Positions 18,781 through 29,331 are shown, numbered from the stretch's first letter. The stretch is DNA of 64,000 nt from Longimicrobiales bacterium (GCA_965116905.1 OZ220732.1:3808001-3872000), one strand, 5' to 3'. The notes: generated by a model from the letters alone, not told the origin. Numbers and translations are program-made.

Positions 18781-19941
18781 ATGGACCACATCGACGCATC
18801 CGCAGACGGGATATCGCCCCTGTCGGGGGTGCGCGTCGTCGACTTCTCACAGAACCTCGCAGGTCCCTACGCGGCCCAGATCCTGGGCGACCTCGGTGCG
18901 GACGTGGTCAAGGTGGAGCCTCCGGGCGGGGATCCGGCGCGGCGGTGGGGACCCCCGTTCATCGGCGGGAACAGCCACCTCTTCCAGGCGGTCAACCGCA
19001 ACAAGCGCAGCGTGGTCCTCGATCTCAAGTCCCCGGACGGCCGCGCGCGGGCCCGCGAACTCGCGATTGAAGCCGACGTGGTGATCCAGGCGCTGCGGTT
19101 CGGTGTCGCGGACCGGCTGGGCATCGGGTACGGCCGAGTCCGGGAGGGCAACCCCGAGGTCGTCTACGTGTCGGTGACCTCCCATGGGCCCGAGGGGCCG
19201 CTCAGGGACGACCCCGGCTACGACCCGCTGATGCAGGCACGGTCGGGTCTGATGTCCGTGACTGGAGAGCGGGACGGCAACCCGGTCCGGGTCGGCACGT
19301 CCATCGTCGATCTCGGCACGGGCACATGGACCGCGATCGCGGTGCTGGGAGCCCTCATGGAACGGGAGCACACGGGGCGCGGCTGCCACATCACGACCTC
19401 GCTGCTGGACACGTCGCTCGCGTGGATGTCCTACCATCTGACCAGCTACCTCGCGACCGGCGAGCCTCCCGGGCCCATGGGCACGTCGATCGCCATGATC
19501 GCACCGTACGAAGCGTTCCCGTGCAGCGACGGATCGGTCATGATCGCCGCGGGCAACGACGACATCTTCGGGCGTCTTTGCCGCGCGCTGGATCTGGACC
19601 TCGCGAACGACCCCGATTTTGCTCGGAACGCGGACCGGGTGACCCACAGCCGGCGTCTCGCAGAGATGGTGGCCGCGTCGACGCGGGGCCACTCGGTGGA
19701 CGGCCTCCTCGAGCTGCTGAGCAGCCACCGCGTCCCGGCCGCGCCCATCCACACGGTGGCGTCGGCGCTGGAGGACCCCCAGACCGCCGCGACGGGAATG
19801 CTCCGTTCGAGTGCACACCCCGCCCTCGGGGACTACGTCGACATTCCGATGCCCGTGCGCTGGGACGGCAAGCGTGCCGGCCTGCGCCGCTTCCCTCCCG
19901 GTGCGGGGGAGCACCAGGGCGAACTGTTCCCGGAGGAGTGA
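18781..19941 (+). CDS. CaiB/BaiF family III CoA-transferase
   Basis: PLSGVRVVDFSQNLAGP, LGADVVKVEPPGGD, NRNKRSVVLDLK, GYDPLMQARSGLM, catalytic Asp in SIVDLGTG. Confidence 0.95.
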   Translation: MDHIDASADGISPLSGVRVVDFSQNLAGPYAAQILGDLGADVVKVEPPGGDPARRWGPPFIGGNSHLFQAVNRNKRSVVLDLKSPDGRARARELAIEADVVIQALRFGVADRLGIGYGRVREGNPEVVYVSVTSHGPEGPLRDDPGYDPLMQARSGLMSVTGERDGNPVRVGTSIVDLGTGTWTAIAVLGALMEREHTGRGCHITTSLLDTSLAWMSYHLTSYLATGEPPGPMGTSIAMIAPYEAFPCSDGSVMIAAGNDDIFGRLCRALDLDLANDPDFARNADRVTHSRRLAEMVAASTRGHSVDGLLELLSSHRVPAAPIHTVASALEDPQTAATGMLRSSAHPALGDYVDIPMPVRWDGKRAGLRRFPPGAGEHQGELFPEE

Positions 19942-20059
19942 GGAGTTGCCGCGGCGAGGACGGGCGGGGGGTGGCGCGGGAGCGCCTTCCGGGAAACCTT
20001 CCGGGGGTTCGCACGGTATCGGATATATGGCACGTTCCGACGGCAAGGAGGTTGTGCGC

Positions 20060-21142
20060 ATGTCCGGAAAGCGATTCGCCCGCTGCGCGACGCTGGTCGC
20101 GGCCATCGGGCTGGATCTCGTCTTCTTTCGTCCCACCGGGGGGCCCGCGGAACCCGGGGACGGCCTGCTGGCTTTCGCGCACGGCGATCTGACCGCGGCC
20201 ATGGCGCTCCAGGAGCGGCACAGCCCGGACCTGCTGGATATACCCGGCGTGGCCGGCACCGCCGTCTCGATCGGCCTCGACGGCCGCCCCGTCGTCAAGG
20301 TGTACCTGGCTGCCGCCGGTATCATGGGACTGCCCGCCAGCCTGGACGGGCACGGATACGTGACCGAGGTGACCGGTGCGTTCCGGGCCCTCGGCGACAT
20401 GCCGGCTTCCGGGAGCGATCGGGCGGACCGCGCGGACGAGAACGAGCCGACCGATCCCAGGCAGTCCTTCCCCCGGCCCGTCCCCATCGGCGTTTCGACC
20501 GGACAGATCGACGTGACCGCGGGGACCATCGGCGCACGGGTCGTTTCGGGCTCGACCGTCTACGCGCTCAGCAACAACCACGTCTACGCCAACCGCAACG
20601 CGGCCAAGCTCGGCGACCACGTCCTGCAGCCGGGCACGGTCGACGGAGGCGTCAACCCCACCGACGCCATCGGCACACTGCACGACTTCGAACCCATCAG
20701 GTTCTGCGCACCGTTCCCGACCTGTCCCGCCAACCGGATCGACGCGGCCATCGCCACGACCACCGTCGAACAACTCGGCAACGGCACGCCGGACAACGGG
20801 TACGGGACGCCGCGCAGCGAGACGGTCAAGGCCCGGCTGGGCATGGAGGTGCAGAAGTATGGACGCACCACCGGGCACACGAAGAGCCGGATCAGCGGCA
20901 TCAACGCGACGATGAACGTGGGCTTCCGCGACAACACCGCACGCTTCACGGGACAGATCGTGATCTCGAGCAACAACTTCTCCGGCCCCGGCGACTCGGG
21001 TTCACTGATCGTTTCGGCGGGCAGCGACGAGGAAGCGCGCCACCCCGTCGCACTGCTTTTCGCCGGCAGCCAGACCAGCACGCTGGCCAACCCCATCGAT
21101 CTGGTGCTGGAGCGGTTCGACGTCACGATCGATGGCAACTGA
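20060..21142 (+). CDS. Trypsin-like (S1-type) serine protease with N-terminal prodomain
   Basis: LSNNHV (His), IDAAIA (Asp), GRTTG, PGDSGS (Ser), ALLFAG; AAGGAGGT RBS. Confidence 0.85.
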   Translation: MSGKRFARCATLVAAIGLDLVFFRPTGGPAEPGDGLLAFAHGDLTAAMALQERHSPDLLDIPGVAGTAVSIGLDGRPVVKVYLAAAGIMGLPASLDGHGYVTEVTGAFRALGDMPASGSDRADRADENEPTDPRQSFPRPVPIGVSTGQIDVTAGTIGARVVSGSTVYALSNNHVYANRNAAKLGDHVLQPGTVDGGVNPTDAIGTLHDFEPIRFCAPFPTCPANRIDAAIATTTVEQLGNGTPDNGYGTPRSETVKARLGMEVQKYGRTTGHTKSRISGINATMNVGFRDNTARFTGQIVISSNNFSGPGDSGSLIVSAGSDEEARHPVALLFAGSQTSTLANPIDLVLERFDVTIDGN

Positions 21143-21398
21143 AGCCGTGGACGATTCCGAAGCGATGGACGATCCCGAAGCCGTGGACGATTCAGTGGAG
21201 CGGGCGCGCAGGCAGGTCACCCGGAAGGTGATGGGGATGAAGGGCGTGGTGGGCACGGCCATCGGCCTGCGGCAGGGCAAGCCGTGTATCAAGGTCTACC
21301 TGGAGACGGACGACGAGGGGTTGCGCCGTCGGCTGCCACGCAGCGCCGGCGGTGTGCCGGTGGATGTCGAGGTGACCGGCGGGATGCGCAGGCTGTAA
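21132..21398 (+). CDS. Small protein resembling the protease prodomain
   Basis: MGMKGVVGTAIG...IKVYLE...LPRSAGGVPVDVEVTGGMRRL aligns by eye with LDIPGVAGTAVS...VKVYLA...LPASLDGHGYVTEVTGAFRAL; N-terminus has three 18-bp repeats (21141-21194). Confidence 0.7.
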   Translation: MATEAVDDSEAMDDPEAVDDSVERARRQVTRKVMGMKGVVGTAIGLRQGKPCIKVYLETDDEGLRRRLPRSAGGVPVDVEVTGGMRRL

Positions 21399-21457
21399 AC
21401 GGGACGCAGTCCGCTCGCGGCCGTTCGCCAGCGCTTGAGGCGCCCCGAGCCGGCGGG

Positions 21458-23239
21458 CTACCGCCGCAGACGCCAGAACCTGGATTCGTAGCTGAACACC
21501 GTGTACGCCAGCAGTCTCCCGGTTGGATCGTACGCCGGCTGCGTCTTCCGCGTCGGATCCGTCGTCAGCTGCTCCGAGGGTCCGCCGCCCAGGGGGACCC
21601 GGTGCACCTGGAAGAAGCCGTCCCGTCCGGGACCGATGTACGCCACCCACGCACCGGCCGGGGACACCGCGATGCCCGAATGAACCTGGTCGGACTTCCA
21701 TTCGTGGAAGCGCTCAGGCGTGCCGCCCGAACGCTCGACCAGGTAGAGCGCCTTGTTCCCGGCGCCTTCCGCCGCTTCGAAGACCAGAGCCCGGGAGTCC
21801 GGAGTCCACTCGGCCTGTAGCGCATCGTGGGGGAAGTCCCCCATGTCCACGATTTGCTGCGGCCGCGTCTCACCCGTTTCCAGGTCCACGGGGATGACGT
21901 AGAGAAAGCTCTTTCTCGCCCCCGCGGCGTCGCGCGTGTAGCTCGGGAAGGAAACCCACCTGCCGTCCGGAGACCAGCGGGGCCAGCCGGTTTCGTGGCC
22001 GTGCTCCGATATCAGGCGCGGCGACGACGGGTCGCCGGCCGGAATGAGATAGATGTCGTCCGTGCCGTCGATGTGGCTGTGGTAGGCGATCCAGCGGCCG
22101 TCGGGCGACCAGTGCATGCCCTGATCCTCCGAGTACGAACTGCGCACGACCCTGTCCGGCCCCGTCTTCGGCAAATCCGAAGAGATGTCGACAATCCCGA
22201 TATGCTGGTCGATATCGGGGTAGTTCACGTCATCGGTGGCAACGCGCCAGCGTCCGAAGGTGAAGGACAATTCGTCGCCCGCCGGGCTCCAGGTCGGAGT
22301 CTCGGACTGGAAGGCGGTGATCGGGGTGACGTCGCCGCCGCCGGCCGGGACGGCGGACAGCGTCACCATGTAGTATTGACTCCGATACACGACGTCGCCG
22401 TCGGTCGTGACGCCGGGACCGTACACGTCCCGCTCGGCGGTGGCGAGACGCTCCGCGGGGCCTCCACCCACCGGCCGGACCCACAGTTCCAGGACGCCGC
22501 GTCCGTCGGGGGCCGCGTAGTAGATCTCGGAGCCGTCCGGAGAGAACGCCACGTGGCCATACGGCTCGTGTCCGTCCAGCCAGGTGACGGCTTCCTCTCC
22601 GCAGGGGTACCGGAGGCGCTGCACCCCCTGCTCGCGTTCGATGCAGGCGGCCTCGCCCGCCGGAGAGACGACCGGCAGGAAGAGCCTGCCGCCCGTCGCG
22701 ATGATCTCGCCGGAATCGCCGGCCGCGCCGATCCTCCATACCCGTGACCCGTCCAGCCCCCGCACGACGCCTACGACCGACGAGCCGTCGGGCGCCCAGG
22801 TGAGTTCGAGCAACGCGTCGCGGGGCGGGAGACCGGTCATGTATCCGTTCGCCCAGAGCGTCTCCTTGGCGCCCGATGTCACGTCGTACAGGAACCAGTC
22901 CTGCCTGCGGCGGTCGAACGAGCGTTCGTGCACGAGGAGGCGCCGGCCGTCCGGGTGCCAGGTCAGGTAGCGCACCTGACTCGGCGCGAGGCCCAGGCTC
23001 CGCACTTCGTCTCCGTCCAGGTCGCGGACGAGCACTTCCCTGCCCTGGGTATACGCCAGCAACCGCCCGTCCGGCGACACGGCCCCGGCAGGATCGCGGT
23101 ATGCGACCGGTCCCATCTGGTGCGCCGTCGCAAGGTGCTCGGGATCCGGCGCGCGCGACTCGCAGCCAGCGGCCGCCAGGCAAACGGCCCCCAGGGCGAA
23201 GGCGGACACGGCCAGCCGCCGGGCACGCGCGGCGGCCAT
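21458..23239 (-). CDS. TolB-like PD40 beta-propeller lipoprotein
   Basis: Multiple SPDG/WSPDGRW repeats; lipobox AAAGC; GGAGG RBS before ATG 23239. Confidence 0.85.
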   Translation of the reverse strand: MAAARARRLAVSAFALGAVCLAAAGCESRAPDPEHLATAHQMGPVAYRDPAGAVSPDGRLLAYTQGREVLVRDLDGDEVRSLGLAPSQVRYLTWHPDGRRLLVHERSFDRRRQDWFLYDVTSGAKETLWANGYMTGLPPRDALLELTWAPDGSSVVGVVRGLDGSRVWRIGAAGDSGEIIATGGRLFLPVVSPAGEAACIEREQGVQRLRYPCGEEAVTWLDGHEPYGHVAFSPDGSEIYYAAPDGRGVLELWVRPVGGGPAERLATAERDVYGPGVTTDGDVVYRSQYYMVTLSAVPAGGGDVTPITAFQSETPTWSPAGDELSFTFGRWRVATDDVNYPDIDQHIGIVDISSDLPKTGPDRVVRSSYSEDQGMHWSPDGRWIAYHSHIDGTDDIYLIPAGDPSSPRLISEHGHETGWPRWSPDGRWVSFPSYTRDAAGARKSFLYVIPVDLETGETRPQQIVDMGDFPHDALQAEWTPDSRALVFEAAEGAGNKALYLVERSGGTPERFHEWKSDQVHSGIAVSPAGAWVAYIGPGRDGFFQVHRVPLGGGPSEQLTTDPTRKTQPAYDPTGRLLAYTVFSYESRFWRLRR

Positions 23240-23398
23240 GGAGGACCTCCGGCGACGATTCCACGGCGTTGTCTGCATGCTTGTACGATAGAAGATCACC
23301 GCGCTACTTGGCTATCACGCGCCCCACGGCGCACATTGGATACGCGTCGGCCCCGCCCGACCGGAAGAACAGGACCCCGACCCCGAGGAAGCACACTA

Positions 23399-25906
23399 AT
23401 GTCGATACGAGAACACCGTCCGCCAACGACCGAACTGCAACGTGACCGCCTCGAAGCAGCGGGGGTGCCCGCGCTCCTCGCGCTGGCGGCCTTCACGTTC
23501 CTCGCCCCAGCGCACACCGACGCGCAGACCGACGCCGATTCGGGTTCGCCAGTCCCCATTGCCGCCGCGGTTACCGCGTTCTCGGCCACCGTCGCGGTCG
23601 CAGACGGCAACATCTACGTCGGCCGGCCCGGAGTCCTCCCGCTCTTCCCCATGCCGGGCAACCGGCAGGGCGGCGTCCACGTGTTCAGCCGCGCGGCAGG
23701 CTCGTGGACGGAAACCGCGTCGCTGGCCCCGGACGAGACTCGGTCGGCGATCGGGTACGGGGAGGGTCTGGCCGCCGCGGGCGACGTGATGGTGGTGGGC
23801 GCGCCCGACGACGGAACGGGCGCCGTGTACGTCTACCGGCGAGCATCGGGCGAATGGCGCCTTCAGCAGCGCCTGACGTGGTCCGCAGCCGGCGCGGACG
23901 ACCAATTCGGCGCGGCGGTCGCCACCAACGGCCGCGACATCGTCGTCGGCGCTCCCGGGGCGGATGCGGGAACGGGCGTCGCCATCGTCTTCGTGGGGGA
24001 CGAGACGGGGTACTCGGAAGCCGCGACGTTGCGTCCCGGCGACGCGCCCCCCGGGGCCGGATTCGGCACCGCGATGGACCTCGAGGGCGACCTGCTCGCC
24101 ATTGGCGCGCCCGGCGGCGGGATCGCCCTGATCCCGGGCACCGGAGCGCCCAACTTCCAGCCGGGCGCGGTCCACCTGTTCGCCGGCGGAGACGGGACCT
24201 GGTTTCCGGACGGCAGCCTCACGCCCCCCGATCCCGGACCGGCATCGCTGGGTGCGGGCGTCGCCGTGTCGGCGGGCGAGATCTTCGCGGGGGCACCCCT
24301 GAGCGCCCAGTTCACCGGCACGGTGTTCCACTTCACGCGTTCCGCGGAGGGCGGCACCGGGGATTGGACGATCGCCAACGCCATCCGTCCCGAATCCCCC
24401 GCTCCCATGTCCGGCTTCGGTATGGCGGTTGCCGCTTCGGGCGACGACATCGTGGTCGGGACGCCGCTGGCCGGCGGCGGCATCGGCGGCGGTTTCGCGT
24501 TTCGCCGGAACGGGTCCGGCGACTGGGGACAGGTCGCCACCTTCGGGCCGGGCACCTCCTTCGCCTTCTACGGCATCGCGGTCGCGATCGAGGGCGATGT
24601 CGCCGTCGTGGGTGCCCCGGGCGCCGACTTTTTCGAGGGCACCGGATTCGTGTTCCAGCGCACCGCCGACGGCTGGGAGGCCGAGGGAACGATCATCGAC
24701 GACGCGGACGGCCTCGACGCCGTTCTCGGCGACGCGAGCGAGTGCGAAGATGGGTCCGCCGCCGGATTCGCGTGCAGCGAGATCGACCTCGTCGCCTTCG
24801 TGCCGACAGGGGACCTCGGGGGCGAGCGCGGGATGATCGCCAACGACCTGTGGGGCTGGACCGACCCGGAGTCCGGGCGGGAGTATGCGATCATGGGCCG
24901 CGCCGACGGCACGACCTTCGTGGACCTGAGCGATCCGGGCAATCCCGTGTACCTGGGTGAAATGCCCCTGACCGAAGGCGCGACCGCCAACATGTGGCGG
25001 GACATCAAGGTCTATGACAACCATGCCTATGTGGTCGCGGACAACGCCGGGGCCCACGGCGTCCAGGTGTTCGACCTGACGCAGCTGCGAGACGTGACGG
25101 ATGCGCCGGTGACCTTCGAGCCCACCTTCCTCTACGACGGCATCAACTCCGCCCACAATATCGTGATCAACGAGGAGACCGGCTTCGCCTACGTGGTCGG
25201 GGCGTCCGGCGGAGGCGAGACCTGCGGCGGGGGCCTGCACATGATGGATCTGAGCGACCCTGGGAGTCCCACCTTTGCCGGGTGCTTTGCCGACGCCAAC
25301 ACGGGCGGGGCGGGCACCGGGTACAGTCACGACGCGCAATGCGTCCGCTACCACGGTCCGGACACCGAGTACGTCGGACGGGAGATCTGCCTGGGCGCAA
25401 ACGAGAACGCGCTCTCGATCGCGGACGTCACGGACAAGGACGCCACCGTAGCGCTGTCGGCATCCTCCTACCCGAACACCGGCTATCTGCACCAGGGCTG
25501 GATTACGGACGACCACCGCTACTTCTACATGAATGACGAGACCGACGAACTGGGTGGCAACGTGTCCAGGACGCGCACGCTGGTGTGGGACATTCAGGAT
25601 CTGAACGACCCGATCCTGGTCAAGGAGCACTTCGGCACCACCGCGTCGTCGGACCACAACCTGTACGTGATCGGTGACCTGATGTATCAGGCCAACTATC
25701 TCAGCGGACTGCGGATTCTCGACATCTCCGATCCGGAGTCGCCCGAGGAAATCGGTTTCTTCGACACGGTGCCCTTCGGCGACGACAACCCCGGGTTCGC
25801 GGGAGCGTGGAGCGTGTACCCGTACTTCGAGAGCGGCGTGATCATCGTGTCCAGCATCAAGGAGGGACTGTTCGTCCTGAGGAAGCAGCCGCCGCGCGTG
25901 TCGTAG
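23399..25906 (+). CDS. Choice-of-anchor B family protein with N-terminal FG-GAP repeats
   Basis: FG.AVA....IVVGAP repeats, then NDLWGWTDP, WRDIKVY, SAHNI, YSHDAQCV, YLHQGW, SDHNLYV and GAWSVYPYF. Confidence 0.9.
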   Translation: MSIREHRPPTTELQRDRLEAAGVPALLALAAFTFLAPAHTDAQTDADSGSPVPIAAAVTAFSATVAVADGNIYVGRPGVLPLFPMPGNRQGGVHVFSRAAGSWTETASLAPDETRSAIGYGEGLAAAGDVMVVGAPDDGTGAVYVYRRASGEWRLQQRLTWSAAGADDQFGAAVATNGRDIVVGAPGADAGTGVAIVFVGDETGYSEAATLRPGDAPPGAGFGTAMDLEGDLLAIGAPGGGIALIPGTGAPNFQPGAVHLFAGGDGTWFPDGSLTPPDPGPASLGAGVAVSAGEIFAGAPLSAQFTGTVFHFTRSAEGGTGDWTIANAIRPESPAPMSGFGMAVAASGDDIVVGTPLAGGGIGGGFAFRRNGSGDWGQVATFGPGTSFAFYGIAVAIEGDVAVVGAPGADFFEGTGFVFQRTADGWEAEGTIIDDADGLDAVLGDASECEDGSAAGFACSEIDLVAFVPTGDLGGERGMIANDLWGWTDPESGREYAIMGRADGTTFVDLSDPGNPVYLGEMPLTEGATANMWRDIKVYDNHAYVVADNAGAHGVQVFDLTQLRDVTDAPVTFEPTFLYDGINSAHNIVINEETGFAYVVGASGGGETCGGGLHMMDLSDPGSPTFAGCFADANTGGAGTGYSHDAQCVRYHGPDTEYVGREICLGANENALSIADVTDKDATVALSASSYPNTGYLHQGWITDDHRYFYMNDETDELGGNVSRTRTLVWDIQDLNDPILVKEHFGTTASSDHNLYVIGDLMYQANYLSGLRILDISDPESPEEIGFFDTVPFGDDNPGFAGAWSVYPYFESGVIIVSSIKEGLFVLRKQPPRVS

Positions 25907-25915
25907 CGGCCGGCG

Positions 25916-27859
25916 CTACAGGACGGCGTTGGCGACCCACGCCCCCGCGTAGGCGAGGAAGAGCATGTAGCAGAACTGCAGGACGGGCCAGCGCCAGCCT
26001 CCCGTCTCGCGCCGCATGATGGCCACGGTGGACATGCACTGGAGCGCGAACACGAAAAAGATGAGGAGCGCCACGGCCGCACCCAGGTCGAGATCCTGTT
26101 GCAGCGCCGCCTGGAGCTCGAACGCCTCCTCGTCCTCGTTCTCGACCCCGTAGATCGTGCCCAGCGTGCCGACGATCACCTCGCGGGCCGCCAGCGACGT
26201 CACCAGGCCGATGCCGATGCGCCAGTCGAAACCCAGCGGCTCGATCACGGGCTCGAGGACCTGGCCGGCCTGTCCGAGTGCGCTGTCGCCGATCGGCGGA
26301 GCCGCGCCGCCGGGCGTCCTGGGGAATTGCGTGAAGACCCAGAGGACCACGGTGACGGTCAGGATGATCTTGCCCGCGCGGCGGAGAAAGACCTTCGTGC
26401 GGTCCAGCAGCCGGGTCAGAATCGACTTCGCCGTGGGCAGGCGGTAGGGGGGCAGTTCCATCACGAACGGTGCGGAGCGTCCGCGGAGCAGTGTGCGCTT
26501 GAGGAGCGCCGCGGTCACGATGGCCGCCACCACCCCCATCAGGTACAACCCGATCAGTACCGCCGCGCGCGTTCCCAGGAACGGTCCCAGCAGGGGTTGG
26601 GCCGGAATGAACGCGGCGATCAGCAGCGCGTAGACGGGCAGGCGTGCCGAGCATGTCATGAAGGGGGCGACGAAGATCGTGGCGATGCGGTCCCGTTCGT
26701 CTTCCACCGTGCGGGCGGACATGATCGCGGGCACCGCGCAGGCATAGGCCGACAGCAGCGGCAGGAAGGACTTGCCCTGGAGACCGACGCGGTGCATGAG
26801 GCGGTCGGCGATCACCGCCGCGCGAGCCATGTAGCCCGAGTCCTCCAGGATCGCGATGAAGAAGAAGAGGATCAGGATCTGGGGCAGGAAGACCATCACG
26901 GAGCCGACACCGGCCCACACGCCGTCGAGAAGAAGCGAACGGAACCAGCTCTCGGGAAGGACCGAGCCGAGGTAGTTCCCGGACGCGGCGATCGCGGCTT
27001 CCGTGCCGTCCATCAACGGCACCGCCCAGGCGAAGATCGACTGGAAGACGAGAGCCACGACGCCCACGAAGACCAGGACTCCCCAGAATCGGTGCAGCAC
27101 CAGGGCATCGAGCCACTGGGTCATGCGCGAAGGGCGCGGAGCCTGGAATCCGGCGGACCGACCAAGCTCCCGGGCGCGCTGACGGCGCTCCGCAAACAGG
27201 TCGATCATCGGAAGGACGCGGCGGCCGCCCCTTCCCTCGGCGTGCTCGGCCACCCCGACGATGGGACACGCGCGGATCTCCTCACCGCCCGTGTGGAGCG
27301 CCTCCAGGAAGGCACGCACCGGCTGCAGCGTCGCGACGTCGCGCGCGTTGACCAGCGCCACCTCCACGCCCAGCTCCGTCGACAGGCCCGAACCACGAAG
27401 CACCCCGTCCCGCCGGTCCAGCTCGTCGGCCATGGTGAGCACCACCAGGGTCGGGATGCCCAGGCTCAGGACCGGTTCGGCGATCATCAAGTGCGATTTC
27501 AGGCGCGTGGCGTCCAGAACCAGCACGACCGCGTCAGGCTGCCGGCCGTCCCCGAATTCGCCCAGAAGCACGTCGCGGGTGACCCGCTGGTCGAGACTGC
27601 GCGCCGAAAGGCCGTGGATGCCCGGCAGGTCGATCAGTTCCACCTCCCCGGCCGGCAGCCTGACCGTGCCGGATCTGCGCTCCACCGTCACGCCCGGGTA
27701 GTTGGCCACGCGCTGGCGGAGCCCGGTGAGATGGTTGAAGAGGGTGGACTTGCCCGAGTTGGGGGGACCTACGACGGCCACCAGCGGGGTCCCGTCATCG
27801 ACCACGGCCCCCTGCGCCGAACCCCGGGCTAGCGCGGCCGACCCGGCTCCTCCGTTCAA
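25916..27859 (-). CDS. feoB: Ferrous iron transporter FeoB (start uncertain: TTG 27859 or a downstream GTG)
   Basis: GPPNSGKS, VANYPGVTVE, DLPG, EDSGYMARAA, CAVPAIMSAR, PFMTCSARLP, MELPPYRLP. Confidence 0.97.
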   Translation of the reverse strand: MNGGAGSAALARGSAQGAVVDDGTPLVAVVGPPNSGKSTLFNHLTGLRQRVANYPGVTVERRSGTVRLPAGEVELIDLPGIHGLSARSLDQRVTRDVLLGEFGDGRQPDAVVLVLDATRLKSHLMIAEPVLSLGIPTLVVLTMADELDRRDGVLRGSGLSTELGVEVALVNARDVATLQPVRAFLEALHTGGEEIRACPIVGVAEHAEGRGGRRVLPMIDLFAERRQRARELGRSAGFQAPRPSRMTQWLDALVLHRFWGVLVFVGVVALVFQSIFAWAVPLMDGTEAAIAASGNYLGSVLPESWFRSLLLDGVWAGVGSVMVFLPQILILFFFIAILEDSGYMARAAVIADRLMHRVGLQGKSFLPLLSAYACAVPAIMSARTVEDERDRIATIFVAPFMTCSARLPVYALLIAAFIPAQPLLGPFLGTRAAVLIGLYLMGVVAAIVTAALLKRTLLRGRSAPFVMELPPYRLPTAKSILTRLLDRTKVFLRRAGKIILTVTVVLWVFTQFPRTPGGAAPPIGDSALGQAGQVLEPVIEPLGFDWRIGIGLVTSLAAREVIVGTLGTIYGVENEDEEAFELQAALQQDLDLGAAVALLIFFVFALQCMSTVAIMRRETGGWRWPVLQFCYMLFLAYAGAWVANAVL

Positions 27860-28149
27860 TTGGAGCCGAGAACCCCCGCGGCTTCCAGCGAGCTGCGCAC
27901 GCAGAGGCAGGATGCCGTTTCCTTGCGCAGCGCGACCAGCGCACCGTCCACGCGGTAGACCGTGGGACCCCCCGCCGGAGCGTGCCGCACCGGACAAAGC
28001 GTGCATCCGGGCACGATGCCCCGCTCGAGCAGCGGTTCAACGTCCTCTCCGGCCACGTCGATCCGGACCAGGACAACCTCCTCTTCCAGGGGAACGTCCG
28101 CCAACATGCGATCGGCAGGCTTCTGTGCTGCTTCTGGCAGGCGCTTCAC
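27856..28149 (-). CDS. feoA: Ferrous iron transport protein FeoA
   Basis: LLERGIVPG...RHAPAGGP.VYRVDG..VALRKETA; directly upstream of feoB; GGAGG RBS plus GTG. Confidence 0.85.
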   Translation of the reverse strand: MKRLPEAAQKPADRMLADVPLEEEVVLVRIDVAGEDVEPLLERGIVPGCTLCPVRHAPAGGPTVYRVDGALVALRKETASCLCVRSSLEAAGVLGSN

Positions 28150-28232
28150 GCTTCCTCCCGACACGCTTCCTCCTGACGGCACACGGACGAACGACCCGTT
28201 TTCGGGGCCCCAAAGATGCTTCGGTGGGAACC

Positions 28233-28257
28233 GTTGAGATTGAAACTGATTCTCAAC
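28233..28257. promoter_or_regulatory. Fur-like operator upstream of feoAB
   Basis: GTTGAGATTGAAACTGATTCTCAAC, with core TGAAACT-G-ATTCTCA at 28241-28255. Confidence 0.65.
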
Positions 28258-28349
28258 CGGTCCCGCACGGTATTAGAGTAAGGTGGTGTTCGGGAAATGG
28301 AAAGCCCGCGTCGCTTCCCGGACCTACACGACCTGCCAGGAGCCAGGGC

Positions 28350-28967
28350 TTGGACGACCCCTATCCGGTGCCGCGCGCCACTGCACGGTTCGAGGAAGTG
28401 ATCCGGCGCAGCCGCTTCGTCACCCATGTGGGACGTGCGGATTCGCGCGAGTCCGCGCTCCGGTTCGTCCAGTCCGTGAGAGACCGGTTGCCGGGGGCGA
28501 CCCACTACTGCTGGGCGTTCAATGCAGGGCCTCCCGGCTCCACCGCCCAGGTCGGGGCCAGCGACGACGGCGAGCCGCGTGGCACGGCGGGCAGGCCCAT
28601 GCTCACGGCCGTGTTGCACTCCGGGTTGGGCGAGGTGGTCGTCGTCTGCGCCCGCTACTACGGCGGAGTGAAGCTAGGCATGGGCGGGCTCGCCCGTGCC
28701 TACGCGAGCGGCGCGAAGGTTGCCCTCGCGGCCTGCCCCACCGAGCGGCAGGTGGACCGCGTTCCGGTCGTGGTCACCGTCCCCTACGAGGCGTCCGGCA
28801 GGATCGAGCCCATCCTCCGCGACCTGGATGCAAAGATCCTCGCCCGGGAGTTCGGAGCCGACGTTCTCTATCGGATCCGGATACCGGCGGTCAGCCGGTC
28901 AGACCTGTCTGCGACTGTCGCGGGCGCAACAGGGGGCCGTGGGCGCGTAGAAGACTCCCACGAATAG
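28350..28967 (+). CDS. yigZ: YigZ / IMPACT family protein
   Basis: IRRSRF, ATHYCWAF, SDDGEPRGTAG.PML, RYYGGVKLG.GGLARAY; AGGAG RBS plus TTG. Confidence 0.9.
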   Translation: MDDPYPVPRATARFEEVIRRSRFVTHVGRADSRESALRFVQSVRDRLPGATHYCWAFNAGPPGSTAQVGASDDGEPRGTAGRPMLTAVLHSGLGEVVVVCARYYGGVKLGMGGLARAYASGAKVALAACPTERQVDRVPVVVTVPYEASGRIEPILRDLDAKILAREFGADVLYRIRIPAVSRSDLSATVAGATGGRGRVEDSHE

Positions 28968-29077
28968 CAGAAACCCGGCGACCGGAAATCGGTCCGGTCG
29001 CGCGCGGGGATGCAGGCGCGCGGATACGGCCTGCGTTGCTCCAGCCGAAAAGGCTGGTCAGATGGCGCCTGCGGACG

Positions 29078-29115
29078 CGGCGCCGGCCCGTGTGGTCAGG
29101 GGCCGACGCCGCGAA
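29078..29115. terminator. GC-rich hairpin between the convergent yigZ and csp genes
   Basis: cgcggcgccggccc...gggccgacgccgcg inverted repeat just past the csp stop; no clear U-tract. Confidence 0.35.
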
Positions 29116-29127
29116 TCCACCAGTGGT

Positions 29128-29331
29128 CTATTCCACTCGAACGACGTTTTCGGCCGCCGGCCCCTTCGCGCCGTCGACCACATCGAATTCGACTTTTTCG
29201 CCCTCGGCAAGGCTTCTGAAGCCATCGGCCTGGATGGCGGAGAAATGGACGAAGCAATCCTGTCCATTGTCGGCTCTGGAAATGAAGCCAAAGCCCTTTT
29301 GGTCGTTGAACCATTTGACGGTTCCCTGCAT
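29128..29331 (-). CDS. Cold-shock protein (CspA family)
   Basis: [17 protein letters not shown]...[22 protein letters not shown]...KGPAAENV. Confidence 0.97.
   Translation of the reverse strand: MQGTVKWFNDQKGFGFISRADNGQDCFVHFSAIQADGFRSLAEGEKVEFDVVDGAKGPAAENVVRVE

Noticed and set aside
20027..20045. Sigma54 promoter (TGGCACG) upstream of the protease
   Set aside because: The -12 TTGC element is missing at the required spacing.
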